Made by a program: the position numbers and the translations under genes. Under the pieces are notes generated by a model. It searched no databases and was not told the origin of the DNA. It saw only the letters and a program-made list of their open reading frames with translations. Shown here one piece after another: positions 11,551-20,376 of a stretch of DNA of 42,240 nucleotides; position 1 is the first letter of the stretch, and the number at the start of each line of letters is the position of its first letter. Location of the stretch: positions 1 to 42,240 of the forward strand of contig DASQBE010000157.1 in the NCBI GenBank assembly GCA_035635355.1, read 5' to 3'. This DNA is from Candidatus Binatia bacterium. Its GTDB lineage: Bacteria; Eisenbacteria; RBG-16-71-46; SZUA-252.

Positions 11551-12572
11551 TCCGACGCGCGGTCCTACTCTTAGCCCTGCTCCTCGGCGGGTGCGCCAAG
11601 CCCGACTTTCCGCCGGGGGGGCCGGTCGACACGACTCCGCCGCGCGTTCTCGTCACGGTCCCCGCCGACAGCACCACGCGGGTTCCTCCGGGGACCGAGA
11701 TCGAGCTCCTCTTCTCCGAGCCCATGGACCGCGTCACCGTCCGCGACGGCTTTCACATCTACCCCCCGCCCGGCGCGCCCTCGTACCATTGGAGCGGCCG
11801 GCGTCTCCGCGTGTCCTGGGGGGAGCCGCTCGCCGCGGTCACGACGTATCAGGCGTTCCTGAGCGCGGGCGCGCGGGATATGCACGGGGTTCCGCTGGGG
11901 GTGCCGATCACGGTCCGGTTCACGACGGGGGATTCGCTGGATCCCGGAAAGATCCGAGGCGTCCTCCGGGCCAAGACGCTTCCCACGAAGGGCGTTCCCA
12001 TCTGGGCCTATCCGGACTCGCTGGGCTTGAGGCCCGACTTCACGAACGCCACGCCCTCCTACGCGACCGAGACCGACACCTCGGCCGCCTACGCGCTCAC
12101 GGGGCTGCCTCTGGGCCGGGGATTCACCGTCCATGCCGCCTATGACCTGAACCGGAGCGGCGCGATCGATTCCGCGACCGATATCGTCGCGACCCACCCG
12201 TCCGTGATCCGGTTGACACCCGAGCGGCCGGTCGCGGATAGTATCAACATCGTGGCCGTGGACCCTCGCGCGCCGGCGCTCGTGAGCGGGACGGTCTACG
12301 CCGCGGATTCCACGTCGCGGTATCGGGTCGAGGCGAAGTCCGATTCGGACACGACCTTCGTGCGGTTCATCGAGCGGAAGGGGCCCGGGGATTACCTGCT
12401 GCGAGTCCCGTCGGGCCACTACCGGCTGCGCGCGTACCGCGTGACGGCCACGCCGGGGATTCCGCCGGCGGAGGTTCGACGGGAAGGGATCCTGGCCACG
12501 CGTCCGGAGGAGAGCTACGAGCACGTGGACTTCCATTTCGGAACGGACGTGACGCCGCCGCCGAAGCGGTGA
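11547..12572 (+). CDS. Lipoprotein with an N-terminal Ig-like (SbsA_Ig-type) domain.
   Basis: GTGA overlap with the argF stop. Lipobox LLLGGC. DTTPPRVLVTVPADSTTRVPPGTEIELLFSEPMD is typical of SbsA-like Ig domains. Confidence 0.6.
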   Translation: MIRRAVLLLALLLGGCAKPDFPPGGPVDTTPPRVLVTVPADSTTRVPPGTEIELLFSEPMDRVTVRDGFHIYPPPGAPSYHWSGRRLRVSWGEPLAAVTTYQAFLSAGARDMHGVPLGVPITVRFTTGDSLDPGKIRGVLRAKTLPTKGVPIWAYPDSLGLRPDFTNATPSYATETDTSAAYALTGLPLGRGFTVHAAYDLNRSGAIDSATDIVATHPSVIRLTPERPVADSINIVAVDPRAPALVSGTVYAADSTSRYRVEAKSDSDTTFVRFIERKGPGDYLLRVPSGHYRLRAYRVTATPGIPPAEVRREGILATRPEESYEHVDFHFGTDVTPPPKR

Positions 12573-12604
12573 CGAGCCCGAGGCGGGGAAGCGAGGAGCG
12601 GAGC

Positions 12605-13510
12605 ATGGCGGATCCGAAGACGATGTTCGAAGGGCTGGCCGTCGCGCTCGTCACGCCGTTCCGGAGCGGCGCTCTGGATCGCGAGGCCCTGGGCCGCCTG
12701 ACGACCCACCTCATCGAAGGCGGCGTGACCGCGTTCTATCCCTGCGGCTGCACCGGGGAAGCGACCTCCCTCACGCGGGAGGAGCGGGTCCAGGCGATCC
12801 GGACCGTGGTCGAGGCCGCGGGCGGGCGCGCCGCGGTGATCGCGGGGACGGGAACCGCCCTGACCTCCGAGACGATCGAGGTCTCCCAGGAGGCGATCCG
12901 CGCGGGCGCGGACGGGGTCATGGTGATCACGCCCTACTCCGTGAAGCCGACCCAGGAGGGGCTCCTGGCGCACTACCGCGCGGTGGCCGATCGCGTGGAC
13001 TGCCCGGTGGTGCTCTACAACGTGCCGTCCCGGACCGGGGTCTCCATCGCGCCGGAAACGGTGGCCAAGCTGGCGGAGCACCCCCGCATCGCGGCGATCA
13101 AGGAGGCGAGCGGCTCGCTGGATCAGGCGAGCGCCATCCGGGCGCGCTGCGACATCGTGATCCTGGCCGGAGACGATTCGCTCTACCTGCCGCTCCTCGC
13201 GGTCGGTGCGCGCGGGGTCGTCTCCGTCGCGGGGCAGGTGGCCCCGGGCGAGATGGTCGCGATCCGGACCCACGCCCTGGCGGGGCGCGCCGCGGACGCG
13301 GAGGCGGTCCACCGGAAGCTCATGCCGGTGTTCCGCGCCCTCTTCCTCGAGACCAGCCCCGCGCCGGTGAAGCACGCGCTCATGCGCCTCGGATTCACGA
13401 CGGGAGAGCTTCGCCTGCCCCTCGTCCCGGTGCGGCCGGAGACCGCGGCCGCCGTGGATCAGGCGCTCGAGCGGGCCGGCCTTTCTTCCCCCGCGCGAAC
13501 GGGCCGCTGA
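12605..13510 (+). CDS. dapA: 4-hydroxy-tetrahydrodipicolinate synthase.
   Basis: GLAVALVTPF, GCTGEATSLTREER, YNVPSRTG, and IAAIKEASG (active-site Lys). Confidence 0.93.
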   Translation: MADPKTMFEGLAVALVTPFRSGALDREALGRLTTHLIEGGVTAFYPCGCTGEATSLTREERVQAIRTVVEAAGGRAAVIAGTGTALTSETIEVSQEAIRAGADGVMVITPYSVKPTQEGLLAHYRAVADRVDCPVVLYNVPSRTGVSIAPETVAKLAEHPRIAAIKEASGSLDQASAIRARCDIVILAGDDSLYLPLLAVGARGVVSVAGQVAPGEMVAIRTHALAGRAADAEAVHRKLMPVFRALFLETSPAPVKHALMRLGFTTGELRLPLVPVRPETAAAVDQALERAGLSSPARTGR

Positions 13511-13517
13511 CTTAAGC

Positions 13518-14246
13518 GTGACCCCGATCCCGATTCTCCTGTACGGCGCGAGCGGTCGCATGGGGCAGGCCGTGCGCGCCGTGGCGGCGGAATTTCCGGA
13601 CGTGCGCCTGGCCGCCTGCGTGTCGCGCTCCCCGGCCGCGGGCGGAGGTCCCGAGGGCTGTGCCTGGATGACCCCCGACCAGCTCTTCTCGGGAGGAGGG
13701 AGCTCCCTTCCGGCCGAGACGGTCGTGATCGACGTGAGTCTTCCCGAGGGGACCGCGCGCCTCCTGGACTGGCTCGAGCGATCCCCACGCCCTCTGGTGA
13801 GCGCCCCGACCGGGCTCGAGGACCACGAGGAGAAGCGGATCGGCGCGCTCGCGACGCGCGCGCCGGTCCTTCGCGCGACGAACCTGAGCCTGGGAAACGC
13901 CGTCGCCCGCGCCATGTTGCGTTCCGTGCCGGAAGCGGCGAGAGGCTTGTTCGATGTCGACATCGTGGAGCATCACCACGCGACGAAGCGGGACGCGCCG
14001 AGCGGAACCGCCAGGACGTGGGCGGCGCTCGTCGCATCGAGGCCGGACGCGATCCACTCCATCCGCTCGGGCACCGCGGTGGGGACCCACCGCGCGCTCT
14101 TCGCGGGCGCGGGCGAGACCCTCGAGATCGTGCACACGGTCTCCGACCGTTCCGTCTTCGCGCGCGGCGCGATCCGGGCGGCGCGGTTCCTGGCCGGGAA
14201 GCCCCCCGGGCACTACACCCTCGAGCAGATGCTCGAACCGTCATGA
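13518..14246 (+). CDS. dapB: 4-hydroxy-tetrahydrodipicolinate reductase.
   Basis: N-terminal LLYGASGRMG nucleotide-binding motif. EHHHATKRDAPSGTA signature. Adjacent to dapA. Confidence 0.9.
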   Translation: MTPIPILLYGASGRMGQAVRAVAAEFPDVRLAACVSRSPAAGGGPEGCAWMTPDQLFSGGGSSLPAETVVIDVSLPEGTARLLDWLERSPRPLVSAPTGLEDHEEKRIGALATRAPVLRATNLSLGNAVARAMLRSVPEAARGLFDVDIVEHHHATKRDAPSGTARTWAALVASRPDAIHSIRSGTAVGTHRALFAGAGETLEIVHTVSDRSVFARGAIRAARFLAGKPPGHYTLEQMLEPS

Positions 14247-14265
14247 AGGGGACCTGATCTCGACC

Positions 14266-15993
14266 ATGCGCCTCTCGCGAGCCTTCGTTCCGACCCTGAA
14301 GGAGGATCCGGCCGACGCCGACCTGATCAGCCACAAGCTCATGATCCGCGCCGGGCTCCTGCGCAAGCTCGCGGCGGGGATCTATTCGCTCCTCCCGCTC
14401 GGATGGCGCGTGGCGCGCAAGGTGGAGCAGATCGTGCGCGAGGAGATGGACCGCGTGGGCTGTCAGGAGATGCGCCTGCCCATTCTCATGCCGGCCGAGC
14501 TGTGGAGGGAGACGGGCCGGTGGGAGAAGTACGGCAAGGAGCTCTTCCGCGTCGCGGACCGGCATGAGCGGGAGTACGCGCTCGGACCGACGCACGAGGA
14601 GGCCGTCACAGACCTCGTGCGGAGTCACATCCGCTCCTACCGCGACCTGCCGCTGAACCTGTATCAGATCCAGACCAAGTTCCGGGACGAGATCCGCCCG
14701 CGGTTCGGCGTGATGCGCGCGCGCGAGTTCCTCATGAAGGACGGCTATGGCTTCCACACCGACGAGGCCCAGCTCGCCACGGCCTACGAGGAGATGCGGG
14801 AAGCCTACGCCGCGGTCTTCCGGCGCTGCGGGCTGGAGTTCGTGATCGTGGAGGCCGACTCCGGCGCGATCGGAGGCGACGTGAACCACGAGTTCATGGT
14901 CACCGCCGACTCGGGCGAATCCCTGATCTTCTCGTCTCCCTGCGGATACGCGGCCTCCTCCGAGAGCGCCAAGTACAAGGTCGAGGCGGGGGCCGACGAG
15001 AAGGAAGCGCCCCTCACGAAGCGGGACACGCCCGGGCGAAAGACCGTCGAGGAGGTCTCGGCGTTCCTCGGCGTCGAGCCCGCGCGGCTCCTGAAATCAC
15101 TCGTGTTCTTCGCCGGCGCGGATCCGGTGCTGGCGGTGGTCCCGGGGGATCGCGAGCTCAACGAGGCCAAGCTCGGCCGCGTGCTGGGACATCCCGCGCC
15201 CCGTTTGGCCAGCGCGGAGGAGATCCAGCGGCTCACGGGGGGGCCGATGGGCTTCACCGGGCCGGTCGGGGTCCCGGATTCCTTGCGCACGGTCCTGGAC
15301 GCTTCCTTGCAAGAAAATCGGAATTACGTGACGGGAGGGAACGCCGCCGACACGCACCTCGTGAACGTGCGGCTGGGACGGGACGTGCTCGCCCGGGAGC
15401 GGGCCGACCTCACGACCGCGCGGGAAGGAGACCTGTGCCCGCGCTGCGGGGAAGCCATGCGGGTGGGGCGCGGGATCGAGGTGGGCCACATCTTCAAGCT
15501 GGGGACGAAATACTCGGAAGCCATGGGCGCCCGCTATCTGGACGCCGAGGGGGCCGAGCGCACGATCGTGATGGGCACCTATGGGATCGGAATCACCCGC
15601 ACGGCGGCCGCGGTCATCGAGCAGCTCCACGATCCGAACGGCATCCTGTGGCCCTACTCGATCGCCCCGTACCACGTGCACCTGGTGCCGGTGAACGTGA
15701 ACCACGAGGAGACCCGGCGGGTCGCGGAGTCGATCTACGGGGCGCTATGCGGATGGGGCGTCGAGACCCTGATCGACGACCGGGACGAGCGCCCCGGGGC
15801 CAAGTTCAAGGACGCGGACCTGATCGGCGTGCCGCTACGCGTGACGATCGGGGAGAAGGGGCTGAAGGACGGGGTCGTCGAGCTTCGCGACCGGAAAACG
15901 GGTCAGACCGACCGGGTGCCGGCCGGAGACGCCGCCGCCGAGTGCCGGAAGCGGGTCGAAGAGGCCCTCAGGAAGCTTTCGCCGTCCGGTTGA
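14266..15993 (+). CDS. proS: Proline--tRNA ligase, bacterial type with an editing insertion.
   Basis: MRLSRAFVPTLKEDPADADLISHKLMIRAGLLRKLAAGIYSLLPLG, FRDEIRPRFGVMRAREFLMKDGYGFH, GIGITR. Confidence 0.95.
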   Translation: MRLSRAFVPTLKEDPADADLISHKLMIRAGLLRKLAAGIYSLLPLGWRVARKVEQIVREEMDRVGCQEMRLPILMPAELWRETGRWEKYGKELFRVADRHEREYALGPTHEEAVTDLVRSHIRSYRDLPLNLYQIQTKFRDEIRPRFGVMRAREFLMKDGYGFHTDEAQLATAYEEMREAYAAVFRRCGLEFVIVEADSGAIGGDVNHEFMVTADSGESLIFSSPCGYAASSESAKYKVEAGADEKEAPLTKRDTPGRKTVEEVSAFLGVEPARLLKSLVFFAGADPVLAVVPGDRELNEAKLGRVLGHPAPRLASAEEIQRLTGGPMGFTGPVGVPDSLRTVLDASLQENRNYVTGGNAADTHLVNVRLGRDVLARERADLTTAREGDLCPRCGEAMRVGRGIEVGHIFKLGTKYSEAMGARYLDAEGAERTIVMGTYGIGITRTAAAVIEQLHDPNGILWPYSIAPYHVHLVPVNVNHEETRRVAESIYGALCGWGVETLIDDRDERPGAKFKDADLIGVPLRVTIGEKGLKDGVVELRDRKTGQTDRVPAGDAAAECRKRVEEALRKLSPSG

Positions 15994-16222
15994 CCATCCG
16001 CGCCAGGCGGGACTTGCGGCGATTCGCGACCGCCTTGTGCAGCACGCCCTTCTTGACCGCGCGGTCCAGCTTGGCGCCCACCGACCTCATAAGTTCCGCG
16101 TTGGCAGGCTCTTGCTTGGCTCGCTTGAGAAGGGTCTTCAGCTCCGACTTGACCGCCAGGTTGCGCTTCTGGTCCCGCAGATTGGTGCTCACTCGTTTCA
16201 CGGCTGATTTGTGGCGAGGCAT
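15968..16222 (-). CDS. rpsT: 30S ribosomal protein S20.
   Basis: 84 aa, MPRHKSAVKRVSTNLRDQKRNLAVKSELKT..., preceded by GGAGGA. The rest of the 956-aa ORF in this frame is antisense to uvrC and is treated as an artefact. Confidence 0.92.
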   Translation of the reverse strand: MPRHKSAVKRVSTNLRDQKRNLAVKSELKTLLKRAKQEPANAELMRSVGAKLDRAVKKGVLHKAVANRRKSRLARMVNRTAKAS

Positions 16223-16270
16223 CGCTCCTCCGAGAAGACCACGTCGAACGACACGAATGTGTAAGCCGTT

Positions 16271-16299
16271 AGAATATCTGGGGATCACCGGGCTGTCAA
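16271..16299 (-). promoter_or_regulatory. Sigma-70 promoter for rpsT.
   Basis: On the - strand: TTGACA (16299-16294), a 17-nt spacer, then TATTCT (16276-16271). It lies about 50 nt upstream of the rpsT ATG. Confidence 0.6.
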
Positions 16300-16320
16300 C
16301 AGCCCTGGCTGATTTCGCCG

Positions 16321-16329
16321 TGCTATACT
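16321..16329 (+). promoter_or_regulatory. Extended -10 element (TGCTATACT) placed 7 nt before the uvrC ATG. This implies a possible leaderless transcript.
   Basis: TGC + TATACT at 16321-16329. The ATG is at 16337. No Shine-Dalgarno sequence can fit in between. Confidence 0.4.
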
Positions 16330-16336
16330 CGCTCGG

Positions 16337-18238
16337 ATGGCCCCGCGTCTTCGAAAACGCCCCGGCGATTCCCGAGTCCCGCCCGAGTCCGAACCGAACC
16401 CGGAAGAGCTGAAACGAAAGATCGCGGCGCTCCCCACGCTGCCCGGTGTCTACGTGTTCAAGGGCGCGGGAGGGCGCGTGCTCTATGTGGGCAAGGCCAA
16501 GCGGCTGGATCAGCGCGTGCGGTCCCATTTCCAGAGCCCCGACCTCATCGGGCCGCGCCAGGTCGCGCTCACCCGCAAAGTCCGGGACCTGGACTTCATC
16601 GCCGTGGATTCCGAAGGGGACGCGCTTCACCTCGAGGCCACGCTGGTGCGCGAGCATCAGCCGCCCTACAACATCCGCCTCAAGGACGACAAACGATATC
16701 CCTACATCCGCGTGTCCTGGCAGGAGCCGTATCCGCGCATGTCGCTCGTGCGGCGGATCGAGCGTGACGGGGCCCGTTACTTCGGGCCCTACACGGAGGT
16801 CAAGGCGCTCCGCCAGCTCCTGCGCATGACCCAGACCATCTTCCCCATGCGCTCCTGTCAGGACATCGACGCCCACATCGCGGCGCGCCGCGAGTGTCTC
16901 GATTTCCACATCGGCCGGTGCACGGGGCCGTGCATCGCGATGCAGACCCAGGCGGAGTACCGGGCGATGGTGGAGCAGTTCTGCGATTTCCTGGCGGGGA
17001 AGCGCGAGCACGTGGTGGTGACGCTGCAGGCGCTCCAGAAGGATGCGGCGGCGCGGCGCGAGTACGAGCGGGCCGGGCGGATCCGGGACCAGGTGCGAGG
17101 CATCGAATCGATCCTCGCGCGGCAGCGCGTGGTGGATCTGAGCGGACCGGAAGCGGACGTGGTGGGCGTGGCCCGTCAGGGAGAGGCCGCGTGCGCCGTG
17201 ATCTTCAAGGTTCGCGAGCGTCGGGTGCTCTCGCGCGACGTGCGGTGGCTCTCCGGGGCGGGCCACACGGACGACCCGGAGCTTCTGCGCGCGTTCCTCA
17301 CCCTCTACTATACGAGGGCGGAGCAGGTCCCCGGCTGCGTGCTGGTGGAGGTGGAGCCCGAGGAGACGAAGCTGCTCGAGGAGGTTCTCTCGAGGGCTTC
17401 GGACACGGCGGTGCGCGTCCGCACCCCGCGCGGCCCGGCCGAGCGCGCCCTGGTGCGCACGGCGCGCCGGAACGCCTCGCTCCTCCTGGGACGCGAGTCG
17501 GACGAGGGGGAGGACGCGCGCCCGCTCCGGGCGAACGAGTTCGAGGAAGCCCTCGAGCTCCAGCGCGAGCTCGCGCTCGCGCACCTGCCGCGGCGGGTCC
17601 GGTGCTTCGACGTTTCCACCATCCAGGGACGCCACACGGTGGCTTCGATGGTCACGTTCCGGGACGGCACGCCGTTCAAAGGGGAATATCGGAGGTTCCG
17701 GATCGCTTCGGTCGCGGGCCAGGATGACTTCGCCTCGATGGCGGAGGCCGTGGGGAGGCATGCGGCGCGGGTCCAGGAGGGGGAGATCGAGCCGGCCGAC
17801 CTCGTGGTGATCGACGGCGGCGTGGGCCAGCTCGAGGCCGCGCGCGGCGCGGCTCGGGGGACGGCGCTGGAGCGGGTGCCGTTCATCGGCCTCGCCAAAC
17901 GCCTCGAGGAGATCTTCATTCCGGGCCGGCGCGACTCCCTGGTCCTCCCGCGCCGGTCTCCGGCGGTCAAGCTCCTCATGCGGATCCGGGACGAGGCGCA
18001 CCGGTTCGCGATCGGGTACCACCGCCTCGTGCGGACCAAGGCCGCGCGCGCCTCCGCGCTGGACGGGATCCCGGGGCTCGGGCCGAAGCGCCGCGCCCTC
18101 CTGCTGCAACGGTTCGGCTCGCTGGAGCGGATGCGCCGGCAGCCCGCGGGCGCCCTCGCCGCGGTGCCGGGAATCGGACTCCGCATGGCGGAGCGCATCC
18201 TGCGCGAGATCGGCCAGACGAACGGAGCCAGCGCGTGA
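16337..18238 (+). CDS. uvrC: Excinuclease ABC subunit C.
   Basis: GIY-YIG region LPGVYVFKGAGGRVLYVGKAKRLDQRVRSHF...EALHLEATLVREHQPPYN, a UVR domain, an endonuclease V-like region, and a C-terminal HhH (IPGLGPKRRALLLQRFGS). Confidence 0.95.
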   Translation: MAPRLRKRPGDSRVPPESEPNPEELKRKIAALPTLPGVYVFKGAGGRVLYVGKAKRLDQRVRSHFQSPDLIGPRQVALTRKVRDLDFIAVDSEGDALHLEATLVREHQPPYNIRLKDDKRYPYIRVSWQEPYPRMSLVRRIERDGARYFGPYTEVKALRQLLRMTQTIFPMRSCQDIDAHIAARRECLDFHIGRCTGPCIAMQTQAEYRAMVEQFCDFLAGKREHVVVTLQALQKDAAARREYERAGRIRDQVRGIESILARQRVVDLSGPEADVVGVARQGEAACAVIFKVRERRVLSRDVRWLSGAGHTDDPELLRAFLTLYYTRAEQVPGCVLVEVEPEETKLLEEVLSRASDTAVRVRTPRGPAERALVRTARRNASLLLGRESDEGEDARPLRANEFEEALELQRELALAHLPRRVRCFDVSTIQGRHTVASMVTFRDGTPFKGEYRRFRIASVAGQDDFASMAEAVGRHAARVQEGEIEPADLVVIDGGVGQLEAARGAARGTALERVPFIGLAKRLEEIFIPGRRDSLVLPRRSPAVKLLMRIRDEAHRFAIGYHRLVRTKAARASALDGIPGLGPKRRALLLQRFGSLERMRRQPAGALAAVPGIGLRMAERILREIGQTNGASA

Positions 18239-18756
18239 TCGAGAGGCTGGAGGTGGCGTGGGTGAGCGTGACCAGCGAGCTCGGACCCGTCTGGATCCTC
18301 GCGACCCAGTCCGGGCTCCGGGGCCTGGGGCTCGGAGGCCGGGAGGCGCCCTCCACCCGCGAGGCGCGCGCCCTCGGGATCCACTACGTGAAGCGGCCCC
18401 GCTGGACCGATCCGGCGCGGCGGGCGCTGGAGGGGTACTTCGGGGGAAAGGCCCCCGCGCTGGACCTGAAGCTGGATCTCGCCGAGGGGTCGCCCTTCGA
18501 GCGGCAGGTCTGGGAAGCCACGCGCCGCGTTCCCTACGGCACGGTCGTCTCCTACGGGATGCTCGCGGGCCGGCTCGGTCTCCCGGGCGCCGCCAGGGCG
18601 GTGGGAAACGCCCTCGGAAAGAATCCGATCCCCATCGTGGTTCCCTGTCATCGCGTGATCCACGGCGATCGCTCGATCGGCGGCTTCTCGAGCGGCCTTC
18701 GCTGGAAGCGGTTCCTCCTCGAGCTGGAGCGAGGTCAGCTCGAGCTGGGCCCATGA
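18235..18756 (+). CDS. ogt: Methylated-DNA--protein-cysteine S-methyltransferase.
   Basis: Active-site motif IPIVVPCHRVI, plus VPYGTVVSYGMLA and AVGNALGKNP. GTGA overlap with the uvrC stop. Confidence 0.88.
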   Translation: MIERLEVAWVSVTSELGPVWILATQSGLRGLGLGGREAPSTREARALGIHYVKRPRWTDPARRALEGYFGGKAPALDLKLDLAEGSPFERQVWEATRRVPYGTVVSYGMLAGRLGLPGAARAVGNALGKNPIPIVVPCHRVIHGDRSIGGFSSGLRWKRFLLELERGQLELGP

Positions 18757-19652
18757 ATCCACCCCGGAGCGTTCTCGGCGACAAGATCCGGCTGTTCCGG
18801 GAGCACCTGAGCCTGGAGCGGAGGCTCGGCGACAACACCGTGAGCGCTTACGTGAAGGATCTCGAGCAGTACGACGCCTTCCTGGTCGGGCGCGGCAAGC
18901 GAAGCGCGAGCGCGGTGCGGGTCGAGGAAGTGGAGGCCTACGTCGCCGAGCGGTCCTGGGCGGCCTCGACCGTGGCGCGAAAGATCGCCTCGCTCCGCGC
19001 GTTCCATGAGTTCTTGCGCCGGCGGGGTCTCGGGGAGGAGAATCCCGCGCTCCAGGTAAGGCCCCCGCGGAAGTCCCGGCCCCTCCCGGACGTGCTGACC
19101 GTCCCCGAGATCGAAGCCCTTCTGGGCGCCCCCCGGGGCGAATCGCCGCCGGCGATTCGCGACCGGGCGCTCCTCGAGGTGGCCTATGCGACGGGGCTTC
19201 GGGTGAGCGAGCTGGTGCGGCTCACCCTGGAGGAGGTGGACCTCGAGGAGGATCTGGTGCGGTGCTTCGGAAAGCGCTCGCGCGAGCGGATCGTGCCCTT
19301 CGGGGGCAAGGCCAAGCGGGCCCTGACGCGATACCTCGAGGGCGCCCGCGCGCACTTCATCAAGGACCGCGGCGAGCGCGCCCTCTTCTTGACGCGGCTG
19401 GGCCGGCGCTTCACGCGCATGGGGTACTGGAAGCTTTTGGAGGGATATCGGAAGACGGCGGGCCTCGCGCGGCCGATCTCCCCCCACACGCTTCGCCACT
19501 CCTGCGCGACGCACCTCTTGGAGGGAGGATGCGATCTCCGCGTCGTCCAGGAGTTCCTGGGGCACCGCTCGATCGAGACGACGAGGATCTACACCCATCT
19601 GGACCGTAACTATCTGCGCGTGGAGTATAAGCAGTTCCATCCGCGCGCCTGA
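18753..19652 (+). CDS. xerD: Tyrosine recombinase XerD-like.
   Basis: ATGA overlap with the ogt stop. LSLERRLGDNTVSAYVKDLEQY, LEVAYATGLRVSELVRL, HTLRHSCATHLLEGGCDLRVVQEFLGHRSIETTRIYTHL. Confidence 0.85.
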   Translation: MNPPRSVLGDKIRLFREHLSLERRLGDNTVSAYVKDLEQYDAFLVGRGKRSASAVRVEEVEAYVAERSWAASTVARKIASLRAFHEFLRRRGLGEENPALQVRPPRKSRPLPDVLTVPEIEALLGAPRGESPPAIRDRALLEVAYATGLRVSELVRLTLEEVDLEEDLVRCFGKRSRERIVPFGGKAKRALTRYLEGARAHFIKDRGERALFLTRLGRRFTRMGYWKLLEGYRKTAGLARPISPHTLRHSCATHLLEGGCDLRVVQEFLGHRSIETTRIYTHLDRNYLRVEYKQFHPRA

Positions 19653-19680
19653 CGCGTTGGCCGGCATCGGGGAGGGTTCC

Positions 19681-20373
19681 GTGAACGTACGTGTGGTGGG
19701 AATCGCGATGGTTTGCGCGGGGTTGCTCGGAGCGCCCCTTCGAGCCGGCGCCGGGGAGCTTTCCGACCTGGCTCGCGCGTCCGCGGCCGAGACGATGATG
19801 CGGCGGCAGCCCGCGCCCGTGTCGCCGCGGACGGCGCCGACGCTGCGCCGGCAGCGGAAGGGCACGATCAGCCTCGGGGGGCAGGTGGGGTACGGCGTGG
19901 TTCGGGGCTCCTCGGAGCTGAACGACCACTACGACCGCGGGGTCGGGTACTCCGTCCGGTTCCGCTACATGCTGAGCCGGCGGGCGGCGCTCGGGTTCTC
20001 CTTCGAGAACCAGCACTACGGGCCGCGCGCGGGCCTACCCCTGAGCACGGATCCCTTCGCGGCGAAAGACAGCTCGGTGGCCGTGACCACCGTCGCGACC
20101 GAGGCGGTCGTGTACTTCCATCGCGAGCGCGAGACCACGCCCTACCTCACCGCGGGGCTGGGATTCGCGAGCCCGAACGTGTTGTACGAGACCAAGGAGT
20201 CGCGCCGCCTGGACGAAGGCCCATTCCTCGTGGTGGGAGCCGGCATCGAGCGCTTCCTTCGCCCGCGCCTCGCGCTGGATCTCTCCATTCGCGGCTTCAC
20301 CGAGGTGGGGAACTCGGAGCTCACTCTGTTCTCCCAGGCGGCCGTGGGGATCCATTTGTACCCGGGAGACTGA
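19681..20373 (+). CDS. Small outer-membrane beta-barrel family protein (OMP_b-brl-like).
   Basis: GTG at 19681 follows GGAGGG. Signal peptide VVGIAMVCAGLLGAPLRAGA. The sequence has alternating amphipathic strands rich in G/Y/R/F. The ORF-track start at 19657 is less likely. Confidence 0.5.
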   Translation: MNVRVVGIAMVCAGLLGAPLRAGAGELSDLARASAAETMMRRQPAPVSPRTAPTLRRQRKGTISLGGQVGYGVVRGSSELNDHYDRGVGYSVRFRYMLSRRAALGFSFENQHYGPRAGLPLSTDPFAAKDSSVAVTTVATEAVVYFHRERETTPYLTAGLGFASPNVLYETKESRRLDEGPFLVVGAGIERFLRPRLALDLSIRGFTEVGNSELTLFSQAAVGIHLYPGD

Positions 20374-20376
20374 TCG

